A stretch of 64,000 bases of DNA, taken from Phoronis australis (Eukaryota; Animalia; Phoronida). Shown here one piece after another: positions 12,601 to 24,600 of the stretch. Below the pieces are notes generated by a model. That model did not search any database. It saw only the letters and a list, made by a program, of their open reading frames with translations, and had not been told where the DNA came from. Every line of letters begins with the position of its first letter. The first letter of the stretch is position 1. The stretch lies in assembly GCA_002633005.1 (NCBI GenBank), contig NMRA01000022.1:1565036-1629035 (forward strand), given 5' to 3'. The position numbers and the translations under genes are program-made.

Positions 12601-15600
12601 CTTGGAAACAACTCTACCCAGACGGCATGTGCCAGCTGTGTGCTGCTGTGACATAGTTGACTGAGCGCGCCCAGGAATGCTACAGTGCGTATCTCGCGGC
12701 ACCCTTCCAGGAATTTGCTCTGTCGCTGTAGCAGTACATGCAAACTCTGTTGGGGGTCCTTGCTGTCCCTTTTAGGAACGTCTTTGGTGGTGCCATCTTC
12801 AGTCGAGTCGCCTGGCATCTCGATATCGATCTCTTCCTAAATATTCAATAGAAAATTTTACTTAAATTACTCGGCAATTCAATAAGAGCATAGTTTGGAA
12901 ACAATAGAAATGTTCTAAAGGTAGTACCCAATTTTTGAAAACACTGTAAAGGTATAGTTACTCCGAAATAGTTAAACAGTAAAATCAGTTGCATGCCTGC
13001 CATAACTAAATGTAACATGACATTGTGCCTTACCATACAATCTTGAAGTTGAACTTTGTTCATTCAATTTTGCAATAATCATTCCTGTTCTTGCTGTTTT
13101 TAGAATACAGAGTATTGCCAAACATAATTATTACTACCCCTTGTTATTCTAAACATGAAAATTATCAAAACCTAAGTCCAGACTGAAGTTATAGGTGAAT
13201 GAAAAATTCCAGCTACACCAGTTCACTATAATGCTTACAATGAGAAAACTTAAGTTTGTAAAACTTAGAACTTTCCAAGTCCTATCCCTAAGCTAACCCT
13301 TCAACACACCTAGACAAATCATAACATTGCTGTTTTGTTATTTTTATTATAATAGTATCAGTTTTAAGTTGGACTCTGACCTCCTCTTTGTTGGAGTCAA
13401 GTGTTTCTACATCCATCGGTTCCTCCTTTGTCTTCGTTACCATGGCAAATGCTGCTCTATCATGGCTGTCAGCCAAATTGACTACAGATGTCACAGCTGG
13501 CAGCTGGTGCATGATGGGATTAGAGTTTTGCATATTGACACCATTAACAGCAACAGTCAGCAACAGCTGAAACGATACCAGAGTCAAGTAAAAAAATATT
13601 CAGTATTACTCCAATTGCTGTCAAAGGTAGCATGTCCACAAAGTGTTTTCAACGCATCAAGGATTTCTGTTAACTTTTAGTTAAGAAGGTAAAATGAGAA
13701 TACAAAGCTGAGCACACTGCCTTGTACTGGTATCAGATATCTAATCCATTCAAGACACATTAGCATAACTACACTACGCCTGCTCTATCAGCCCTCTCCC
13801 AAGTGTAAGTCTTTCCTTGTTTTCCAATGCTCCAAAACTACAGACTCATGGGATTTTATCTAAACAGAACCAGAATGCATTTGTTATAACGACCAGTGTC
13901 CAGTCAGCATGTTCACTACATTGCCCTTTAAAACCCCAAGCAGCACATTCCAGTTTCCAAACATAAAAGTTTCAGGGCTTGGAATGACCAATGACAAAAA
14001 ACGCGGAAACTTTTACGGCCCAAATCATGCGCGCTACGCAGCCTTGAAATAGTCGATGTGAACCTTTCCCCGACAAAGATCGGGAGACCAAAAGAAAAAA
14101 AAACGTTACCACCATCAGTAGCATGCGTCTGCGTCCTTTTAGCTCGTCGCTCCACTCCCAACCCACACATTTTTGGCTGCAGAGACGTAGTATTTGTCGC
14201 CGCGGTTTACAATAACACGAGACGCCATTGAACATCCCACCACGCTATCCCAGGTGCCCCGCAATGTTGACAATTTACGTTCCTCCGAAACATAAAGAGC
14301 AACTTCCGCTTTTCGAAGGGAACGTCGTCTGCAACGCCGCGGTAAGAAAGGAATTTGCCGCGGAAATTTTAGATCAAATCCGATTTTTTTTACGCGGAAA
14401 TATAATAAAATGCGCAGACAGAACATTTGAAAAAAGCGGAAATCCGCGTTTTCGCGGATAATTCCAAGCCTTGAAGTTTTGTCGCAAGAGATGTGAACAA
14501 ACAGTCTCGTAGATGGTGGTTTACCTCGATGCACTGCTTTATCCAGAAGTGCCCACCCATTGCCTCCCAGTTTTGAGAACATGTGATATAAAGCAGACGG
14601 TCGTACAGACGGCACCGCATGCTGCCATCAAACACTTCGACAAACTTCTGCCGAATGTGCGCCTGGTTACACCGAAGTCCACTCAGGAAGGCAGACTCCA
14701 GCTTGGATGTCAATTCAGAGCCACTCAGCGACTCATCTCTGCAAATAAATAAAACATGGACATTAAATCTGTGTGTGGATAAAATAACTAATTAATGAAC
14801 TAGCACAGTCCACTGGCACTACTCTCAACACAATTCAAATACCCTCAATCTAAGTCAAGAAACAACTTCAACACTCTCAGCAACCTATAACTCGGCAAGG
14901 GGTCTAATCTTTGTACTCGAAATCACTATCATTTTTGATATTTCCCATTCTGACTTTAATTCAAAATAAGTGCTCGAGTATATTATCATGGTATATGCTG
15001 AAATGTGTCTAGTCCAAGTGAGCACTTGATGAACCTTAGATTCGAGCTCCAAACTCAAGCAAAAACTCAAGATGTCGAGCCCAGACTCGAACTAATGCTT
15101 TGTAGTATTATTGCTGATGTCATCAAGTGCAAGATAGAATTAGCTAGTCATTCACGCAAACCATAAATGCCATCCACCGTATACTCCAGTACAGAGCACT
15201 GGACACTTATATTATTGAGTTTGCACAAAAGTAGAATGGAAAATATCAAAAATAATTTTGAGTTCCCCATAGACATTGACGGACCTTTCAATTCACTTAC
15301 CGATAAATATAATTAACTAGCTCCAGAAACTGTGCATTCAAATCGTTGTCGTCATGGAAACGTTTCTCAACATGCTGCATCAGTTTAACCAATAGAATAG
15401 CTTTCTCACGTAGAGTTGGTCCTTGATTGGCCTGGGCTGGATTCTGTGGCGCAAACATACACTTCTAGTCCATCAAATATGACATGAACAAACAAATTCC
15501 TGACTTAAAGAATTTTCTGGGAACATGATATAATAATAACAAGAACTTAAAGAAGAAGTCACAAAAGATCATCATAATTCGATTGCAGTAGATACATTTT

Positions 15601-18600
15601 TTTTGCTGAAATTTGCCTTAAATTTTTTTCAACAAAATGAGAATTGGACTTGAGTTAAATTAAATGTACATCAATTGACAATATTCTTAAAAATTCAGCA
15701 AACCATAGTTTCCTCAACTGAGCTAAATCCTAAAATGTTGGATAAACACAACATAAAACAGCTTAACTTTGTACACTTCATCTACTTTTGGTCAAAACTG
15801 AGCAGACGACATGAGTTAGTCATGTGACCCACCTTGACCTTGACCCAGTCCTCCACCAGTTTTGTAATGGCCTTCATCACTTTAGCATCCTGTGTCTTTT
15901 CAATCAGCCCAACCAGTATGGTGCCAATGAAGCCCTTCCTCATCTCCATACTCATAATGCCCACCCTGTTCTTGACCAAGTCCAGACTTAGGATCAACAG
16001 TTCATTGGCCACTGAGACAATGGAGAATGATAAACTCAAATTTACAGAGTAACCCGACATAAAATGATGTTTTCGTTCACTAAAGGGATATTAGAATGAG
16101 AAAAGTAATTTTCTGAGATCAGCCTCAACCTCATGATGCTCATCTGGTAAAGTGAAACCTTGATATGGCAGGCTATTTTGAGCACCGGCCAAGATCTCAA
16201 ATATGTTTGACGGACGAAAATGATTTGTAATAAAGTAAAAAAAAACAGCAGATGTTGTTTTATAAGCTATGGTCAATAACAACATCTTTCAGAAAGTCTA
16301 TCCCATACAACAATAATCCCAAGAATGCATTTTTGGCTGTGAAACTGAAAATGCCCGGCCTTTAAATACTATCTCTGCGATGTTTAAGGAAGAGACTCTT
16401 AGTGTCCAGATGACAAACCATACAATCGCATGACACACATTTTGCTAACAACTTCAAAATGTTTTATATATTTGCCCTTCACAATAAGACGGCAGCAATA
16501 AGGTTTTACAAATAGAAATAGTGAGAACTCGCTGAATGATGTTGACCAAGGGGTGTTAATGAAAAAACAACAATTTTATCATCTCACAGCAGAAAGATGT
16601 TCATCATGGAATGTCCCATATTCTGGCAGTTTTACTGGTGGGACAGCTGTTTCACCAGAGACAGCCATTGAATTTCGAGTTTCTTTACATTACTTTAAGT
16701 GTCAGTGAATATTTGACATCTTGGTGAATGACCTTAATTCCTATTTTACCTGAGCTCGTGTCTGACGTGGTTGGCTGGAGATGTTCACGCGTCATTCTTT
16801 GAAGGACTCGCATGAATGATGTGATGAGACGGTCGATGTAGCTCAAGTTCTGGCTACAGGCAGCCTTGAGTATCATGAGGGTACTGAAGAGTTGTGATGG
16901 GGAGCCATTAGATGCTCTGAAACAACAAAGTGTTAGAAAATACAGACATGAACATTGGCATGTCCAAGCTGTTACTTACCATGTTTTTATATAGAACCCC
17001 CGAGTGCTGTCTAGATAAGGGAAATTGGGGTTAACAACATAACAATTAATTCATCCTATAGAATAAACTCAACAAAGCCTAACAATTTATTCACATAAAA
17101 CTATGAACAAATTTTATAAAATGGGTCACACTACCATCCTCCAACCACACACAAAACTAGTTTCCTGCCACAAAACTCAGTACAACTTCCGTGGCAATTA
17201 AGAACTAGTTTGATATTCATTATTCAGAGAAATTTAATTCTCAATATGTGGGTCCCCTGTAAGTGACTATTATCAATTCTTTTATAATTTTGTTATTTAG
17301 TTGAAACAACATGTTCCTAGTATTACAGTATTACGTCTCTCACCATAACATCGGACACATTTACTATATGTGACCCACCACGACAAAATGAGTCTGAAGT
17401 TGGAAACTCTACTTCCTGACAAGACTGCAAACAGTCACTATCGGTTAAAATTAGGTCAATTTTTTTTATTGCAGAATATGATTATTTATTCATTCTACTT
17501 CACAAAACAATACTTTAAAACAAGCAAACTTCATTTTAAACCTTATTTATTTCATTTTAAAAAACATCACCTTATCCGCGACTGCATATCTCATGAAATT
17601 TTCATCGAAATTTGCCGGTTTTCGTGTCCTCATTGCTCAGTCTTTCGATGACCCAATTCGCTCGTAAACACATCAACAGAAAGGTCAAACTCTGCTCATT
17701 ATGCATGTAGTAAGCTCTTTGAGTTTTTCGCCCAATCATCAGTCGTTATTTCACTTTTTGCAGTCGGGGTATTGTCAACAGAAGTGTCACTCACCAGTCT
17801 TTTAGCTAGCAACGACCTTTTAACCCAATGCATCGCTGACCTCATTCGCTAGAACTAGTTAAGTGGGTGTGAAACTGTGGGGTCGCGAGGTCACGGCATG
17901 TTTTCAAGACAGTAAGATGGCTGGTCGCCGTGTAGCTGATATCTCAGTGATTAACTCTTGCCTCTGACTGCCGTATCAAAATCAGTGAGAATTAACTGAA
18001 CTCATAAAAGAGCACATTTGTTGATGGAGACAAGGAGCAATTTCGTGACAGCGACGAGTCGTCTGACGGCAGCAACTCGTCGCCAGAGGAGTTTCATGAT
18101 CGACCCATCGCAAATACGGTTACGTTGGATTCCAAGTCGTTGGATTGGAACAAACAGAACTTGAAGAAAACAGTCCGTTTTAGCTTAATCGCGCAACAAT
18201 GTCTTGTATCTGCAAAGCCAGTGGATCGGGGTGCAAGCAGCTGAATATTACTGCAAGAGAGAACAATCTTCGATAGGGCTGAATCACTCGGTGAGAAGTC
18301 GAGGAAATCGTTGCTTTTCAGTCAGTGTCAGTGGACTTGGATAGGGATGAGTGATTGTCATTTTTTCAAAATTATTCACACTAGCGTAAAATTTTGAATT
18401 ATTTCGAACAAAAATCAGCCACGAACGTGTATTTTGTAATCTACAGGACTTCATTTTATTAAATTTCTCCAAAATACACTTTAACTACTTGTTTTACTTG
18501 CGGTAACCCCTCCTGTCACAAGTGGACTGACCCTGTACACATTAGCTGGGAAATTTATTGACCCAGTTGCAGCAACCCAACATGAATATCACTCATTTTT

Positions 18601-21600
18601 GGCTGAGATTACATGATAAGGTCTATATTTTTTCTAATTTTTATTACTTTTATTTGTTTATGTTGTTGTGCATACTAATAAGTCTGAAATGTAGCATTCA
18701 ACTGCAGGTTGTTATGGAAATTTTAAAGACACTGTCGGCACTTTTCGTCGGCCATTTTCCTTGACTTTTGAAAGCTCTAAATTTTCGCTTTCCCCGACTA
18801 GAATTGGCAATAACTCGGTCATTTGTGAAGATAAGGACATGTTTCATACCTCAAAATGACCAGAAAACACTGTATTTTCAGAAAAAATAACAATTAAAAA
18901 AATGACAAATCCTGACTTAAGACTCATTTTGTGGTGGTGGGTCACATATTTGATAATTAAGTTAACCTACTTCTCATAGTTGGTCAATCCCTCGTAGATG
19001 ACTTTACTAACACACGCGTAGAGACATTCAAGCTCTTCATACTTGGAGGCCACATTAGATGATGGTGGCTCGGTAGGGAAGATGCTCATGAGACGTGTCA
19101 ATAGACTATGAACTGACCGGATCACCTTGGAGTTGGGACACGTCATACAGGCGGAGATACCACGCTGGAGAGGCTTGAAGCTGGACAAGATCACATCTTT
19201 TTTCTGTGAAGTGAGAAGTTGTGTCTTATAAATACAGAGATTGAAAAACAAACTTGCATTACAGTTCATTTTAGGATCGAGTTGGCAGTTATGTAGGAAA
19301 GATTTAGGTTAGCATGATAGGCATAACTATGGCAATTCTTCACTTGTTTATCACACAATATGGCCGACAAAAGAAACTCTGTTTTGCCCAATTTCTTCGC
19401 AAAAATAAACATTAAGAAAACCTTAGTCTGTCACTAGCATGGTTTGTACTATGTAGATGTCCCATTATTTGCAGTAATCTGCCTTTGCAAAATGGAACTG
19501 GGAACTTTGGCAACTAGTTTTGTGCGCAATAAAAGGAGAATAAACTGTAATACATGACTAACATCCGGCACAAAAGAATCACTACTACATGGAAATTCAA
19601 ACAATATCAACTACTTAAACTGCTATAACCACTCTTGCTCTACATAGAAGCAAACTTAAGACAGAACATTGGTACCAAATAACAAGGTTAACAGCAAGAA
19701 TGCAAATACGGGTAACTGATAAAATCAGTGTCCATTATGTTCATTCGAGCATTCAAAAATTCCATTTACAGCCAATTTAGTTACCTTTTTCTCTGACCCA
19801 TGTACCTTTATTGGACAATCATAATATTTGAGTATGTTGGAACCAAATCTTACAACCTATTGAACACTACACTCATGGCTTCTGTCATTCCGTGTCCTAT
19901 AAGAGCACTCTGATTAAGCTAAAATCTGCAAACACCAATGTACTGTTCAACAGCACTTGCTTATCGTAAAAGTATATTTCTCGACTATCCGATTCACTGC
20001 CTCACCAATATAGTCAACAGGAAGCTGAGAAGCTCCAGGGCAGTGCAGATATTGGCGAAGTTAGGCTGATGGCTCTCACACGTCATCAAAAGCTTGTCAA
20101 ACCATGCAAGTTTCAGCTCAGCGTTAGGCCACACATCTGGTCGTACAGCCTTCTTAAGTAGAGCCACACATCGCCGTGACAACAATTCACCTGGTGACCC
20201 CACCGCAGTACCCGACGAGGTCTCATTCACCTAAAGACATGAAAACAATAACTTGATCAAAGTCATCTAATCAAAATAGATATACAAGTCAACCCAATTC
20301 AGAGAGGTCAGACTTCATGAAAATAACTAGTACTCACAACAACTTAAACATGACGATAAGCCAAAAGTATGCATTGGAAACAACATGACACAAAAACAAA
20401 AGCACCATGTCAGATTCAGTGTACCACTGAAATTACGAGCACAACAAAAGCAATTGTACTGTAGTGTCACATAGCTGTTAGAGATTATCACAATTGAAAA
20501 TGATTACTAGCTTCACATGTTCGAATTTTAACTAGATTCAATAAAAATCCACGTTGTACATGACAACTGCTCCTTCAAGAACAACAATTAAACATTAAAG
20601 GGTTAATAAGAAAACAAACTGAAATCACAGGAAAACCAGAAAACAGGAAATCACAATACCAGAACAGCAGCAGGAAATATGACCTGAAACATGTCAGTAA
20701 GACATGCTTTAGTCTACAGTACAACCCACAAGTATTAACTAAAGACAAAATGAGCCAGAATTCTCCATCATGACGGCTGGGCAGAAACCGAATTACTATC
20801 AAAGTAGTCTAACATTTTGACTTATAATGAAGGGAAATTATAAAGAAAATTAGTCAGGTGACTAAGAGATTATGTAACCAGTCATTTCTGCTATTTTTGT
20901 GCTGTTAGGAGAATCAACCGTCATAATGGGAAAATGGAAATGTGTCGATTATTTCTGCATTGTATTGTAGCAGCACATATAAGCTCGTACCATCTTCCAG
21001 AGACTGAACAGTGAAGCTCGTAAAAAAGTGGAGCATTTTAAAAACCAATTCCTAAAACTATTCAGTATCCTGAACAGTGCGTATAGCAAAGCATCTGAGT
21101 GTCGTATGAATCTGATCACCGATTTGTCAGACATGATATTCCGCATTTGTCAAATTTGGACATTTTTATGGTCCTACATAACCTTAAGGTTTAAAACAGA
21201 GAAAACAAAGCCAAGAGAAACTTGACAGATAAAAGGTAATAGACGTCAGTAATTGACAAAGCAGAGTGTTTTACGAAAAGCCTGGTAAGTATGCTTCATA
21301 AGGACAAGGCGCATAGTTTCAGATGGAGCCCTACCTGGCAGGCAATTCTCAACAAGAAGTTCAAGACGGCATCACAGTATTGCTTGTCAATAGGCTTGGT
21401 AACATCTGTAGCACCACTTCGCACACTCTGCAAACAGTTCAGAAGTGTGGACTACCCCCAAATACATGTACTGGTCATTAAAAGCAAAATTATAAGTCAA
21501 TTCCTATTGTTTCACTGCAGCTTAAAAATTCTATATAATAATCCAATTGGCTTCAGATTTTCTTTCAGACAAGTAGTACTGAACAGCCTCACTGTGAAAA

Positions 21601-24600
21601 CAAAATCCGGTACAGTCAATCAAACTATAATATTTAAATATTTATCTTTAAACACTAACTAGAAATTCTGAGACTTGACTCACTTAATGTTTGAGGCTTA
21701 CAAAAAACACATCAAACCCAACCTTGTTTATCAACAATAGATTAAATCAAACCAACGAAACATACTCCAGCAGAAGAATGTCTAGACCTCTTGGACTCCT
21801 GAGGTGAATCGACAGATGCTGCCCTCTTTAGACTTGATGTGGAAGCTTGACTGGCATCAGGCAAAGTAACCTGCATAATTCATATTTTCGACAAAGGAAA
21901 ATTACTCATTGCCTGCCAACAGGACTTTCCATTAAACAAATTTAAGTATCAATTAAGTGGTACTTAACTGAACACTTATAAATCATTGTCTGACACTACC
22001 TTTTATTAACCACTGCCAAGCTGAGACTTTTAATTTCCTACTTTGTAAAACACATACAGCTAATTAGTACATGACAGTTATCAACCATTAGAGCCTATTT
22101 GAATTAGGCTGTAGCATGTAATCATTTTGCGCAGTTTTCAAATATCCAATCATAACGTACCTCAGACATACTGGACTCAGCATCGTCCTTGATTCTCTGA
22201 ACTTCCCAGTTAATCAATATCTCAGCCAGATCAACAGCCAACTTGCGATGCTCAATTGTAGCCTACAAATATTAAATAGTGATCATCATCATACTTGAGT
22301 TTAACAGTGAGGAGCTTAAAATTCGTGATGCTCTACACATCAGTTGGTGCGAGCCCAATCTCAATAGGCAACTGGCACACCACAGGTTGTCATTGTTGGT
22401 CTAGTTCATTGTCACTCCCTGTAACTGACTGAATCTGTGCTTCATTACTTGTTGCTGGGCCTAGCTAGGTGGACACTGCATTCTCTCTTCTGATGATGGT
22501 GTTTGAACAAATGACACCAAAACATGTCAAGTCAACTTAAAACCGTTGTTGTTTTCTTTAATTGATATTTTTCTGCTTCGTGGAATAACGTCCATTATTC
22601 TTGAGAGTGTTCAATGGAATAACTACTTTCAATATAATGGCAACATGTGAAATACAACATCTGGCAATAGAGTACTTGCTGGACAATGTTCAACACCACC
22701 TACAGTAAGCTCCTAGGAATTAGATGAAATTCGAAGATAAGGGGATGAACAAGTTTTTTATTACTATCCAACTCTTTGCGATCATCATGCAAATTATCAC
22801 AGATTGTTTTCCTATGGGATGTAAATATAAAAAGTCCAGCGTGGCAAAATATCTGTGAAAATTGTATTGTGTGTATTTCAATTGGGTGTGTCTAGCTCAG
22901 CAGAATTAGGAATTGGATCAAGCAAAAGAAGTTTTTGTGCTCTTACGACACAAAAGCGTTGTATGTCTGATGTTTACAACTAGGTTCATGTGAAAACACC
23001 AACTTGACCATGTGTCAAAGCTTTCACTTAAAGCAAAGGGATTGCTTAGCTTCATTAGGCCTGGCACCTGAATAGCTATAGAGTAGATCTGAATTGGTTA
23101 GAATGTCCGTATTCTTATCTTGCCTCACAAAAGTGACAACAACTGCAGAATCAAGAGAGGTCATACTTACATTGGGAGTGAATCCGAGTCTCTGTATGGA
23201 GTTGACAATGTGTTGGATCAGATGATGTCTGACTGGGTAGTACACCTTCTGGTGACGAACTATCAGTTGTCTGCGGTGTTAGAAACAAGTGGTAACAACA
23301 ACAGCAGCAACAGTAACAGCAACACCAACAACAACAGCAACACCAACAACAACACCAACAACAACTTAACTCTAACTTGCATTTTGCATTAAACCACTTT
23401 CAAAAAAATTGAAGTTTAATAACTACACTAAATCGTAAGTTAAATTCCAAGAAGGATTTTCAAAATAATACTGATCACATCAGATGAAAAAATAAGGGGA
23501 AGTTAGCAGTAAAACTTTCTTAAAAGACTCAATTATAATGAAAGTCTTGACTCATTGTACAATTAAGAGCAGTGTTGATTTGTACATTATAGAACAGAAC
23601 TGCATTCAAGTTTTTCAAGTTCAAAGTTGAACAGCAGAATAGGAAAACTGAAGTTGAGGCAAATACTTACAAAATATGAACAAGCTGAACAACTGTGTGT
23701 CCCTCTTCAACAATTATCTTTTTGGTCCAATGAGTTAACATGCCCTAAATGAAAAGAAAACTCATATTTTAAAATTGGCGACACCGAATGCATTAAAGGA
23801 TGTTCTAAAATATAAGCTTTCCATCTGACAACTCGCAAATTCTGATTTACCATCAGCTTACTGACAAAAGAAATTACAGGTCACATTAAAGGATGATGTG
23901 AAGTCATTCTGAAATCTCTTCAAGCTGTAAAATTCAAATTAAGCTGAAAGACTGCATCACTGCCTGAAGTACTAACAAAAGCAAGCCTAACTAGAGCTAT
24001 GTATGCATCTATCAAGGCTATGTTTAATAGTAGAAATAGACTTACATTGCCATCCTCCATCCGTCCAGGCATGGCTGGTGTTAGTATCTCCAGAGCCTGA
24101 CGCACCACGCTGCGTGCCTCAACAGCGTGCGCCTTTAACAAGCTGTAGAACACCTGTACAGAAGTGATAAGAAGGCAGACTATCAGTAGAAATGATGATT
24201 GGCCGAAATGAAAAGAAGATCTCTGCAGAGATCTATTGTAAACGAGAATTCAATAAGTTGTGAATACGTAGCGATGACTGAATTACGAAGCATTTCTCAC
24301 ACTCAAGCTGTCTTTAGTAACATCTCAGGGCAATACTTGAATAAGATATCACAAATAGTCAACAATCCTTAAATTTCAAATAAGCCCAGAGTAGTCATCC
24401 AGCCAGTGGATAAGTAGTCATATATTCTAGAGATTATACCGAGAAATGCACTAAGAACTGAATCACAAGTCAACAGTCGCGTCACGTTCCCTACCTATAG
24501 TAACGGTAACATCACGTTCCCTACCTGTAATCCAGACCACGTCGTGTTCCTACCTGTAATAACCACCGTGTCAAGCTCCCTACCTGTAGTACAATTCTTT

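Noticed and set aside
14139-14615. 158-aa minus-strand ORF
   Set aside because: Runs from an off-frame part of a TRRAP exon into the GC-rich MITE, with no recognisable domain.
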